A stretch of DNA of 20,017 nucleotides from Leidyana gryllorum EB-2025a (GCA_048772705.1 JBLWGC010000068.1:1-20017), one strand, 5' to 3'. Positions 7,993 through 15,696 are shown, counted from the stretch's first letter. Program-made: numbers and translations. The notes: generated by a model not told the origin, from the sequence alone.

Positions 7993-8065
7993 GGGCGACT
8001 AGCTGGAATGATATAGCACTCGCTCAGCATGCGAGAGATACTGGGATGGATGCCCAGGTCGTCCA
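7993..8065 (+). pseudogene. tRNA-Ala(AGC) pseudogene
   Basis: Ala body with damaged A and B boxes. Confidence 0.7.
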
Positions 8066-8141
8066 AACTTCTAACGGCTACACCTGCGGTATTTGAAAAC
8101 AGAGTCACGACCGAATGGAGTTGATGCCCGATCACATAACA

Positions 8142-8223
8142 CGACAACTGCTGGATTCGAACCAGCTCGGGCCAGACCCAGTAGATTTCAAGTCTACCCC
8201 CTTAACCACTCGGGGAAGTTGCC
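8142..8223 (-). tRNA. trnS: tRNA-Ser(TGA)
   Basis: GTAGA CT TGA AA TCTAC; stems intact, G9>C and C48>A. Confidence 0.82.
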
Positions 8224-8307
8224 AACTGTCGAATTCGACATGCCGCGAGGAGTGACCAAATACCCCTATGTTCAGCCTGTCCTGCGGCATTGATAGGTGT
8301 CTAAACT

Positions 8308-8355
8308 GACCTCTCGCGTGCAAAGTCACCGCTCTTCCACTTGAGATAGCCGCCC
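8308..8355 (-). pseudogene. tRNA-Ala 5' remnant
   Basis: GGGCGGCTATCTCAAGTGG...TTTGCACGCGAGAGGT. Confidence 0.55.
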
Positions 8356-8437
8356 ACCCGCCAAACCTAGGTGAACTTCCCACGATCGACTCACAGTTCC
8401 CTGGCGCCTCATTCGTCAGTGCAACTGTTGTGACTCG

Positions 8438-8509
8438 TCCACTGTAGTCTAAGTGGCTAGGATATGCGGCTTTCACCTGCACGATCGGGTTCAAGTCCCG
8501 GCAGTGGAA
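8438..8509 (+). tRNA. trnE: tRNA-Glu(TTC), 1-nt deletion near the variable loop
   Basis: TGCGG CT TTC AC CTGCA; GATCGGG versus GATCCGGG. Confidence 0.7.
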
Positions 8510-8585
8510 GTCATTAGAGTACTCGATCAAAGTGCTTTAATAGCTTGTGTCAATAGGAACTGATGGGTGACTCCCGGCTTGCATT

Positions 8586-8654
8586 GCCTTCTTAGCTTAG
8601 GGGCAGAACATTCGCTTAAGCGAAAGGTCGCCGGTTCGATTCCGGCAGAAGGCT
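8586..8654 (+). pseudogene. tRNA-Thr with anticodon deleted
   Basis: TTCGC TTAA GCGAA (3 nt missing). Confidence 0.85.
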
Positions 8655-8771
8655 TTGCTCACAAGCTTTAGCTTTTCGGGCTGGTCTCTCGGTCTCGATA
8701 ACGACCTGAGGGGGTTGCAAAATTCTCAGGCCTTTTCTGCCCCCATTCGTCAGTGCAACTTTGGTGACTTG

Positions 8772-8844
8772 TCCACTATAGTCTCGTTGGATAGTATATG
8801 CGGCGCCAACCCGCACCATCCCGGTTCGAGTCTCGGCAGCGCAA
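8772..8844 (+). pseudogene. tRNA-Glu-derived pseudogene
   Basis: Inverted copy of 2267-2339. Confidence 0.7.
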
Positions 8845-8905
8845 ATGCAGCTGGGTGTGCCTGTAGGCAACATACTGCATTCTTACTCCCCGGCCCACTC
8901 GTCCG

Positions 8906-8978
8906 CACCGCCCACGGGACTTCACTCTGCGACTGCAAGATTAAGAGGCTCGCGCTCCACCGACTGAGCTAGGACGAC
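8906..8978 (-). pseudogene. tRNA-Lys(CTT) pseudogene
   Basis: Inverted copy of 2133-2205 with the same lesions. Confidence 0.75.
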
Positions 8979-9058
8979 AAGGAAACTCTAAACTAAGTTA
9001 CACTCTATTTACCTCAGGGTGGAGTCATGCAAGTCATTGGGCAGGTCGACCGGAGTCC

Positions 9059-9097
9059 TTAGTATTTTCGCGCGTCACGCGGAAGACCTGGGTTCGA
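9059..9097 (+). pseudogene. tRNA-Asp remnant
   Basis: Inverted, further deleted copy of 2006-2060. Confidence 0.6.
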
Positions 9098-9272
9098 GCT
9101 CGTTCCGCTTTAGACTTCGTTTGGTGCTCACTCAAAAGGTGCGGTTCGGGAGCAAACCTCGATGTCCAAGGGTCACACGACAGGCGTTCGCTCACTTGGT
9201 ACAGCATCTGACTGCGGCGGGTGCGGCAGGTAGTCGACCGTTCCATTCCCTCCCCCGACACTTGCCTCCTTA

Positions 9273-9353
9273 TGCGAGAAGTGGGGTTCGAACCCACGCG
9301 GAATTAACCAGTGGATCTTAAGGCCACCCCCTTAACCTCTCGGGCATTCTCGC
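9273..9353 (-). tRNA. trnL: tRNA-Leu(TAA)
   Basis: Inverted copy of 1769-1849. Confidence 0.85.
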
Positions 9354-9487
9354 AATGGAGCGTCGAGACAAGTAGTCTGGGGTTTCTGCGGGTAGTCAGT
9401 GCCCTTTCAAGGCGGGAGAAAGGTACTCACGACCATGTGAGTGGCGTCTGAAAATAGCGCCTTACCCACTAGGGCATCTTGCCACAT

Positions 9488-9531
9488 ACTGGTAGGCGCA
9501 AGTCTGCATGGTGCGGGTCCCATTCTGCGCA
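9488..9531 (+). pseudogene. tRNA-Leu(CAA) 3' fragment
   Basis: Inverted copy of 1590-1633. Confidence 0.65.
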
Positions 9532-9612
9532 ACGGTACTCATTTCAGGACGGAATTAGCCATCACTTCGAGTTTACGGCTGTACGTAGCCGGTTGTATCC
9601 CCCTTCCCATTC

Positions 9613-9680
9613 GGCTGTTTGGTCTAGTGGTATGATTCCACGGGTGGAAGAAGTCCTGGGTTCGATTCTCAGAACAGCCC
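9613..9680 (+). pseudogene. tRNA-Pro with anticodon-arm deletion
   Basis: GGCTGTTTGGTCTAGTGGTATGATTCCACGGGTGGAAG... Confidence 0.8.
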
Positions 9681-9737
9681 CGTTGGTTCAGATCAAGAGG
9701 GTACGGCTCTCGGCTAAAGCTGCAGCTGAGGGAGTTG

Positions 9738-9810
9738 TCCACTGTAGTCTAAGTGGCTAGGATATGCGGCTCTCACCCGCACGATCGGGGTTCAAGTCCC
9801 AGCAGTGGAA
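9738..9810 (+). tRNA. trnE: tRNA-Glu(CTC), T-stem mismatch
   Basis: TGCGG CT CTC AC CCGCA. Confidence 0.78.
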
Positions 9811-9871
9811 ATCCAGCTGAGTGTGCTTGCAGGCAACAGTTTCCATTCTTACTTCCAGGGATATAGATCCA

Positions 9872-9944
9872 CACCGCCCGCGGGGCTCGCACCCGCGACT
9901 GCAAGATTAAGAGTCTTGCGCTCTACCGACTGAGCTAGGGCGGC
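9872..9944 (-). tRNA. trnK: tRNA-Lys(CTT), T55>G (possibly defective)
   Basis: Otherwise matches 4387-4459. Confidence 0.72.
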
Positions 9945-10192
9945 AGGAATGCAAGGACAAAAAACCCGATAGCCCGACATCTTAAGTGGCTTTGGTACCC
10001 ACCAGCCTCACTTGAAGATTGTCGGGTCGTCTAGGTGCTTACAACACCAAGTTGTGGCCGTGCATACCCAGGCCCGAATCCTGGCTTGGATAGTATGTCC
10101 CCGATGTCTCGAATGGGAGATGTGGGCATCGGGCGTAGCTGCCCATGTCCTGTCTTGATCGCTACACACTCCCATTAGACGGCTCCGCTAGT

Positions 10193-10265
10193 GGCGCTAT
10201 GGCCTAATGGATATGGCATCGGTCTACGGAACCGGGGATTCTGGGTTCGAGTCCCAGTAGCGTCT
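10193..10265 (+). tRNA. trnR: tRNA-Arg(ACG)
   Basis: GGCGCTA/TAGCGTC; TCGGT CT ACG GA ACCGG; GGTTCGAGTCC. Confidence 0.92.
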
Positions 10266-10366
10266 GGACGAATGGCCGGGTTGCAGCCTGTTGAGTCAAC
10301 AACTCAGATCCTGTCTTAGCTGTCCGGGATGGGTCGAGTGCCGTGTTGCGTCAACAACTATCAGAC

Positions 10367-10423
10367 GGGCTGTTCTGGGAATCGAACCCAGGACTCCTTC
10401 CACCCTGAGGAAGGATCATACCA
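10367..10423 (-). pseudogene. 5'-deleted tRNA-Pro(AGG)
   Basis: Pro 3' two-thirds only. Confidence 0.75.
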
Positions 10424-10627
10424 TAGCCGCCTGGCGGTGGTTCAACCCGCTGGGTAAGTCGAGAACTCGTCTCCATGTGAAGTATCACTCAATGCCACTT
10501 AGCCCAGATGATGAAACTGCACGAAAGGTTGTGGGATCGATTCTCAGGAAGGATCATACTAGTTGGCCTATCAACGCTGTCTGCCAAAATCATCAGGTTG
10601 AGTAGTACTTTGCCAATCAACTCTACT

Positions 10628-10668
10628 TCCGGTGGGACGGAATCGAATATCTGATCGGTCAGATGCAA
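10628..10668 (-). pseudogene. tRNA-Tyr remnant
   Basis: Deleted inverted paralog of 18492-18571. Confidence 0.5.
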
Positions 10669-10744
10669 TGCAACCGACTGCTGCGAGATTCGAAGGCTCA
10701 ACCTCAGACCCTCAACAGTGGCGCTCTCAAGCTCAGAAGTACGG

Positions 10745-10803
10745 CACGGATTTCGGGGTGGTCCAAGGTGCCAGACTCGAGTTCCGGTAAGATTGCACGA
10801 GCT
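10745..10803 (+). pseudogene. tRNA-Leu(CAA)-derived remnant (loop CT CGA GT)
   Basis: GTGGTCCAAGGTGCCAGACTCGAGTTCCGGT; paralog at ~18357-18418 on minus. Confidence 0.55.
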
Positions 10804-10863
10804 GGGTACCACTGATTTCCAACACGGTACAGCTCTAGGCCGAAGGCTGAGCTCGGGGGCTTG

Positions 10864-10936
10864 TTCACTGTAGTCTAAGTGGCTAGGATATGCGGCTTTC
10901 ACCCGCACGATCCGGGTTCAAGTCCCGGCAGTGGAA
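10864..10936 (+). tRNA. trnE: tRNA-Glu(TTC)
   Basis: Intact apart from a T2:G71 wobble. Confidence 0.9.
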
Positions 10937-11004
10937 GTTACTCGAGCAAAGTGCTCCAGTAATCCCCGTCAATAGTAACTGATTCGTGATCTTCGGCTTG
11001 TATT

Positions 11005-11076
11005 GCCTTCTTAGCTTAGGGGCAGAGCATTCGCTTAGTAAGCGAAAGGTCGCCGGTTCGATTCCGGCAGAAGGCT
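11005..11076 (+). tRNA. trnT: tRNA-Thr(AGT)
   Basis: Intact; matches 910-981. Confidence 0.94.
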
Positions 11077-11125
11077 TTGCTCGCGAGGCAATCTATTCTA
11101 TAACGGTTCCCCTTCTGCGCACACT

Positions 11126-11196
11126 TAACAGTGCGTCGTTTCGATCGACGGACCTTTGGATTATGAGCTCAACACTTTTCACTGAGCTACACTGCT
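11126..11196 (-). pseudogene. Initiator tRNA-Met(CAT) pseudogene
   Basis: Paralog of 7620-7691 with different lesions. Confidence 0.72.
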
Positions 11197-11336
11197 CAGT
11201 CTGCAACATGGAAGAAATAGCCGAAATGCAATTCTCCAGATGTTAGTTGCCCTGACTGCCCTACCGAAGTGGGCTAATGAAATGCTGTGTTGGTTCTGAG
11301 GGCAACTTGTCGCGTCGGGTCAACCGACGACCAAGA

Positions 11337-11400
11337 GGGCTGTTCTGGGAATCGAACCCAGGACTCCTTCCACCCCAAGGAAGGATCCAGAACAACAGCC
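11337..11400 (-). pseudogene. tRNA-Pro (GGG) with D-arm deletion
   Basis: CTTCC TT GGG GT GGAAG; D arm lost. Confidence 0.75.
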
Positions 11401-11489
11401 GAATACTTCGGTGCATGCAACCGGATATACGGATGGAGACTCGAATCTACTGTGGCCTTTTCCAGCTTATTTTTGGTAATGATCGCCGT

Positions 11490-11573
11490 TGCACAGAATG
11501 GGATTCGAACCCATGCAGACTTGCGCCTACCAGAACTTGAGTCTGGCCCCTTAGACCACTCGGGCATCTGTGC
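11490..11573 (-). tRNA. trnL: tRNA-Leu(CAA), intronless
   Basis: GCACAGA/TCTGTGC; CCAGA CT CAA GT TCTGG; long variable arm. Confidence 0.94.
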
Positions 11574-11663
11574 GTTACTTCCCTTCTGAGTTTCAGCGTG
11601 CAAACGGCTTCCCTTGCCTGAGATAGAATTGAATGTGAGTTACGCGGTGGAACGGCAGTGATA

Positions 11664-11737
11664 GCTCCCCTAGCTCAGCTGGTTAGAGCATCGGCCTTAT
11701 GTGCCGAAGGTCGAGGGTTCGATCCCCCCGGGGAGCA
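11664..11737 (+). tRNA. trnI: tRNA-Ile(TAT), intronless
   Basis: GCTCCCC/GGGGAGC; TCGGC CT TAT GT GCCGA; one T-stem mismatch. Confidence 0.87.
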
Positions 11738-11876
11738 AATCAATCCAATGACAGCCGAACGCGACCGCCGAGTACTCCAGCATTTGACACCTATCAGTGC
11801 CCTAGCCGGGCAGGCCGACCAGGACGCTGTTTGGTCTGAAGGTATGATTTTTCTCGCTTAAAAGAAATTGCAACTG

Positions 11877-11949
11877 GGTCTTGTAGCTCAGTCGGCAAAG
11901 CGTGTAGCTGTTCACCACAAAGTCGCAGTTTCGAAGCCTGGCAGTACCA
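11877..11949 (+). pseudogene. tRNA-Asn(GTT) pseudogene
   Basis: Shares lesions with 4733-4805. Confidence 0.75.
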
Positions 11950-11969
11950 GGAACTGCGGCACCCGACTC

Positions 11970-12029
11970 TCTGTCAGAGGTCGCAACTCTGTACTTAACT
12001 TCTGTCAGAGGTCGCAACTCTGTACTTAA
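11970..12029 (+). repeat. 31-bp tandem duplication
   Basis: TCTGTCAGAGGTCGCAACTCTGTACTTAA at 11970 and 12001; single copy in the paralog at ~4826-4853. Confidence 0.9.
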
Positions 12030-12057
12030 TTACCGCCAGGTGCCGCCCTACTGAGTT

Positions 12058-12130
12058 TGGACGACCTGGGTATCGATCCCAGTACCTCTCGCATGCAAAG
12101 CGAGCGCTCTACCACCTGAGCTAGCCGCCC
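12058..12130 (-). tRNA. trnA: tRNA-Ala(TGC)
   Basis: Intact; G3:T70. Confidence 0.93.
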
Positions 12131-12188
12131 AGGCGCACAGATGAGAAGCTATTGCATCCAGTGGGTGACCAAGCGCCCATACAACGGC

Positions 12189-12268
12189 TGACAAGAGTGG
12201 GATTCGAACCCACGCCCTTTCGGACTGCGGCCTTAACACAGCGCCTTAGACCACTCGCCCATCTTGCC
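12189..12268 (-). tRNA. trnL: tRNA-Leu(AAG), D-stem mismatch
   Basis: One substitution relative to 18027-18106. Confidence 0.82.
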
Positions 12269-12362
12269 GGAGTGTTTTTGGCTCGCCGTTCCACCCGTTT
12301 CCTGTCCGTGAAATCTCAAAATGCGAGGAGTTCTGGGGTTGGAGGCCGGCATCTCTACTAGG

Positions 12363-12434
12363 TCCGAGATAGTATAGTGGTTAGTATTTCCGCCTGTCAC
12401 GCGGAAGACCCGGGTTCGATTCCCGGTCTCGGAG
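12363..12434 (+). tRNA. trnD: tRNA-Asp(GTC)
   Basis: Intact; matches 5184-5255. Confidence 0.95.
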
Positions 12435-12535
12435 CAGTTCCAGCCCTCACAACTGGTGCAACTCAGATTTTGTCTCAGCTGGTCTGGACTTCATTCGGGA
12501 TTGTACGAGTGGGAGCCGCGTATAGTAGGCGACCT

Positions 12536-12607
12536 TGGAGAAACGTGGCATTGAACCCAGGACTTCTTCCAGCCGAAGAAAGAATCATATAACTAGACCA
12601 AACAGCC
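12536..12607 (-). pseudogene. tRNA-Pro(CGG)-derived pseudogene
   Basis: GGCTGTTTGGTCTAGTTATATGATT...; 3' end degenerate. Confidence 0.65.
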
Positions 12608-12622
12608 CCCTGTGGGTGCCTC

Positions 12623-12690
12623 AGGTACTGGGAGGTTCCAAACCTGCGACTTCGTGGCTGAGAGACTTACCTCTGATGGCTGAGCTACGA
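12623..12690 (-). pseudogene. tRNA-Asn-derived remnant
   Basis: GTAGCTCAG...CCACGAAGTCGCAGGTTTGGAACCT. Confidence 0.5.
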
Positions 12691-12737
12691 TTATTGGAGT
12701 TTGCGAGCAACTTGCCGGTACCCAGTCGATGCAGTCG

Positions 12738-12809
12738 AGCCTTCAGCCGGAATCGAACCGGCGACTTCTCGCTTACGAAGCGAACGCTCTGCCCCTAAAC
12801 TAAGAAGGC
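12738..12809 (-). tRNA. trnT: tRNA-Thr(CGT), T7.T66 mismatch
   Basis: TTCGC TT CGT AA GCGAG. Confidence 0.75.
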
Positions 12810-12885
12810 AATGGAAGCCGGAGATGACGAAACAATCGCTATTGACGGAGATTAGTGGAGCACTTTGCTAGAGTAGTTCAATGAC

Positions 12886-12958
12886 TTCCACTGCCGGGAC
12901 CGGAACCCGGATCGTGCGGGTGAAAGCCGCATATCCTAGCCACTTAGACTACAGTGGA
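12886..12958 (-). pseudogene. tRNA-Glu(TTC), T loop mutated
   Basis: GGTTCCGGTCC replaces GGTTCAAGTCC. Confidence 0.75.
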
Positions 12959-13128
12959 CGAGTGGTTGAGTTGGGGCTTCGGCCGAGAGCCGTACCGTCT
13001 TGGAAAACATGGTATGTTGGCGTGATCAAGTGAGTGGATCTCTGATACAGATTCGGACTTAGTAACCAATTCCATTTGTATTGATCGTGGAATATTGGGC
13101 CTTCCTCGGGTACGGGGCGAGCTTCCTT

Positions 13129-13193
13129 GCCGCCCCAACTCCGTCAGTAGAGCGCAAGACTTTTGAAGGGAGATCCGCGGGTTTGGGCGGCCC
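13129..13193 (+). pseudogene. tRNA-Lys-derived remnant
   Basis: GTAGAGCGCAAGACTTTT; paralog of 2966-3030. Confidence 0.6.
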
Positions 13194-13262
13194 GAGCAGT
13201 CCTAGTAAAGCTCGCTGAACCGTATGTGAAGCCACTGGCCGCAAAATGCCAAGTTCGACAGC

Positions 13263-13344
13263 GGCAACTTGCCCGAGTGGTTAAGGGGGTAGACTCGAAA
13301 TCTACTGGGCCGGGCCCGCGCTGGTTCAAATCCAGCAGTTGTCG
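13263..13344 (+). tRNA. trnS: tRNA-Ser(CGA)
   Basis: Intact; GTAGA CT CGA AA TCTAC. Confidence 0.93.
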
Positions 13345-13408
13345 TGCGATGTGGTGGAAATGATGCAATTCCCAGCATCAAAAACTCATATGGGTCGAGA
13401 CAGGGAAT

Positions 13409-13480
13409 GCCTCCTTAGCTTAGGGGCAGAGCATTCGCTTTGTAAGCGAAAGGTCGCTGGTTCGATTCCGGCAGGAGGCT
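13409..13480 (+). tRNA. trnT: tRNA-Thr(TGT)
   Basis: TTCGC TT TGT AA GCGAA; compensatory C5:G68 pair relative to the AGT copies. Confidence 0.92.
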
Positions 13481-13527
13481 TCAGTCATTAGCCTAAACAT
13501 GGTTGCGATCCTCTGCCCGCATTTCGG

Positions 13528-13562
13528 ACGGCGGCTTGCACACAGCACTCGGCCATCTTGCC
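13528..13562 (-). pseudogene. tRNA-Leu remnant
   Basis: GGCAAGATGGCCGAGTG joined to CTGTG. Confidence 0.6.
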
Positions 13563-13656
13563 GGAGTGTTCTTGGCTCGCCGTTTCACCCATTTCCCGTC
13601 GGTGAAATCTCAAAATGCGAGGACTTCTGGGGTTGGAGGCCGGCGAGTTTACTAGC

Positions 13657-13728
13657 TCCGAGGTAGTATAGTGGTCAGTATTTCCGCCTGTCACGCGGCA
13701 TACCCTGGTTCGATTCCCGGTCTCGGAG
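13657..13728 (+). pseudogene. tRNA-Asp(GTC), several mismatches
   Basis: Anticodon-stem and T-stem mismatches. Confidence 0.72.
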
Positions 13729-13783
13729 CACAGATGGCTTCGCTGAAGATTCTCTCCTTTGGTTCTCGCTGAACGTCGCGAGC

Positions 13784-13857
13784 TACAGCCACCGAGGACC
13801 GAACTCGGGACCTTTTGGGTGTTGAGCAGACGTCGTAACCACTAAACCGTTGACTGC
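13784..13857 (-). pseudogene. tRNA-Val(AAC) pseudogene
   Basis: Val body; TC AAC AC loop; broken stem. Confidence 0.72.
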
Positions 13858-14021
13858 ATGAATGGGCCCCGCAGCCCAAGAGGAGTGGCGAAGTTTTACG
13901 GAGCAGTGAGGACCAGTTCCAAGGTCGCGCCGGAAATCGAACCCAGGTCGGGAGATTCAGAGTTGTTGTGCTCCAGGGTGAGTGCCGACTGTCGAGTTCG
14001 TTCCCCCTTTTTTCCTTTTCT

Positions 14022-14026
14022 AAAAA
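14022..14026 (-). terminator. Candidate Pol III terminator (T5)
   Basis: Only minus-strand run of 4 or more T within the element, downstream of all three modules. Confidence 0.5.
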
Positions 14027-14180
14027 GCATCTAAGTTGGACCTAACGCTACCTATGTGCTACGGCTAAGGTCTTGCCTCAAATGTCTTGGCGCGCGCGTG
14101 TACAGCCTTCACCTGCACACGTATGGACAAGACTTACCTTAAGCAGCCAGTCCCGTTGACAATGCCGTGAGAGTCAGGCT

Positions 14181-14253
14181 TGTCCGCGGGGAGACTCGAA
14201 CCACCGACCTTCAGAACATAAGTCCGTAGTCATTACCATTGTGCTATTGGCGC
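14181..14253 (-). promoter_or_regulatory. tRNA-like A/B-box module 3
   Basis: A box TAGCACAATGG (14246-14236), B box GGTTCGAGTCT (14202-14192); tRNA spacing; stems poorly paired. Confidence 0.7.
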
Positions 14254-14396
14254 AGTCGCCGAACATGACGTGGCACTGCAGACCAGTGTGCAGCTTAGAC
14301 GTGCGTGTACGAAGCTGTGGGGCCTTCTGGGGGCTCCCCCACCCGTCCTCCATCCTCGACCTGCCCTCACCCGTCACCTGGGGGTCTTGGCACAGT

Positions 14397-14468
14397 TGTC
14401 CGAGGTGGGATTCGATCCGCCGACCTGCGGGTCCCAAGTCCGAGTAGTTACCACTGCACTACTGGATC
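14397..14468 (-). promoter_or_regulatory. tRNA-like A/B-box module 2
   Basis: A box TAGTGCAGTGG (14461-14451), B box GGATCGAATCC (14418-14408). Confidence 0.7.
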
Positions 14469-14520
14469 ACAATACTAAGGGCAGCCATGTGCCGGTCGAG
14501 GTGGCTAGCCAAGGGCGGAG

Positions 14521-14593
14521 TGCAGGGCCGTGGATTCGATCCTGCGACCTCCAGGTTGCGAGCACAAGACACTTCCCATTGCACTAACTGATA
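14521..14593 (-). promoter_or_regulatory. tRNA-like A/B-box module 1
   Basis: A box TAGTGCAATGG (14586-14576), B box GGATCGAATCC (14542-14532). Confidence 0.7.
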
Positions 14594-14821
14594 CACCACA
14601 ACAAGAGTCTCCAGTGCTAACCACTCACCACGCAACCGCTTCAGCCCATCCCAGAAGAGTCGTAGAACTATCCGGACTAGCCCTTTCTCAAATGAACACA
14701 CGCAACACGAGTCCCTCTACTGACCGCTGAAATAATTAACTGGCTCCTGTATATAGCGCCCAGCGTAGAGCGTTCTATTTGAGTCGGACAATCATTGAAG
14801 CACGCTCTCCGCGAATGCTAC

Positions 14822-14903
14822 CGACAAGGGTGAGATTTGAACTCACCCGGGTGAAACCCAACGGCTTAGCAGGCCGCCGCCTTAACCACTCGGCCACCTT
14901 GCG
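14822..14903 (-). tRNA. trnS: tRNA-Ser(GCT), 1:72 mismatch
   Basis: GCGGC CT GCT AA GCCGT; long variable arm; G73. Confidence 0.82.
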
Positions 14904-15106
14904 GAGAGTGGAAGCGGCTACACATTCCATCGGGAATCCCGTGCGAATTGGTAGTGCCCCTTTTCGATGTCCGTATTTGCCTTTGGAATGACTGCTTGGC
15001 GGGGTGGACGAAGGTCGGAGTGGCCGGTTCAGTACCAATCATAAGGCGTTGCTGAACACATCAGTCGGCTCCTTCGGCTAGTGACTGTTCACCTCAACTC
15101 TGAAGC

Positions 15107-15180
15107 GGTCGCCTATTTCAAGCGGCCATAGGGTGAGCCTAATAAGTTCTGAGTCCCCGGTTGGAGTCCGGGCGTGACCA
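15107..15180 (+). pseudogene. tRNA-Ile(AAT) pseudogene
   Basis: Degenerate paralog of 2792-2865. Confidence 0.7.
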
Positions 15181-15280
15181 AGTGAGTGCATCTCTGATAC
15201 AGCTTCGCCCTGTACCCGAGGAAGGCCCAAGACTCAACGATCAATACGAATGGAATTTGTTACTAAGTCCGAGCTTCGTC

Positions 15281-15345
15281 GCCGCCCCAAGTCCGTCGGT
15301 AGAGCGCAAGACTTTTGATGGGAGACCGCAGGTTCGGGCAGCGCG
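15281..15345 (+). pseudogene. tRNA-Lys-derived remnant
   Basis: Paralog of 2966-3030. Confidence 0.6.
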
Positions 15346-15413
15346 AGAAGTCCGAGTCAAGCTTGTTGAACCGTATGTGAAGCCACTGGCTGCAAAATGC
15401 CAAGCTCGACAGC

Positions 15414-15494
15414 GGCAACTTGCCCGAGTGGTTAAGGGGTAGACTAGAAAGCTACTGGGCCTGGCCCGCGCTGCTTCAAATCCAGCAGTTGTCG
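15414..15494 (+). pseudogene. tRNA-Ser(AGA) pseudogene
   Basis: 1-nt deletion, G53>C, stem mismatch. Confidence 0.78.
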
Positions 15495-15570
15495 TGCGAT
15501 GTGGTTGGAGGGGTAAACACCAACTCACGCATGAATTTCTGGAATGATGGAAAAACAACCATGTGTCCTC

Positions 15571-15641
15571 TGCATCTGCCGGGAATCGAACCCGGGTCGT
15601 CTCGATGGTAACGAGGCATTCTACCACTAGACCACAGATGC
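15571..15641 (-). tRNA. trnG: tRNA-Gly with ACC anticodon (GCC>ACC), possibly a pseudogene
   Basis: CCTCG TT ACC AT CGAGA; paralog of 3264-3334. Confidence 0.72.
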
Positions 15642-15696
15642 GTGACACCTCCATTCCTGACCACAAAGTAATGAGTCTGGAGCGGGGGATGGTTTT

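Larger units (their letters stand above)
9695..10800. repeat. Inverted segmental duplication with ~18360-19485
   Basis: Glu-Lys-Arg-Pro-Tyr-Leu' order reversed; spacers conserved. Confidence 0.88.
11870..12436. repeat. Direct duplication of ~4727-5257
   Basis: Asn'-Ala-Leu-Asp cassette. Confidence 0.85.
13964..14603 (-). mobile_element. Solo-LTR-like element, family C, 640 bp, carrying three tRNA-like Pol III promoter modules
   Basis: TGTTGTG...CACAACA termini; TSD AGAGT at 13959-13963 and 14604-14608; strand assigned from the internal modules. Confidence 0.92.
13922..14637 (-). pseudogene. tRNA-Gln(CTG) split by a 640-bp insertion
   Basis: 3' half at 13922-13963 and 5' half at 14604-14637; uninterrupted paralog at 5448-5519. 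Confidence 0.9.
13547..14690. repeat. Direct duplication of ~5071-5575, interrupted by element C
   Basis: Leu-Asp-Val-Gln cassette. Confidence 0.85.

Noticed and set aside
8142-8223. Selenocysteine or opal suppressor tRNA
   Set aside because: The anticodon is TGA (reads TCA, Ser), not TCA
11664-11737. Intronless Ile(TAT) with G37 as a novelty
   Set aside because: Intronless Ile(TAT) genes of this type occur in other eukaryotes such as plants
14181-14593. Calling the three modules functional tRNA-Ile, tRNA-Pro and tRNA-Ala genes
   Set aside because: Acceptor, anticodon and T stems pair poorly; only the boxes and spacing are tRNA-like
13964-14603. Element C as a MITE, a classic SINE or a complete TRIM
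   Set aside because: Only 7-bp inverted ends, no A-rich or simple-repeat tail, and no terminal direct repeats or PBS; TG...CA with a 5-bp TSD fits a solo LTR best
14905-15105. Possible His, Cys or other tRNA remnants or ncRNA in this spacer
   Set aside because: No convincing A/B box or cloverleaf could be identified by eye
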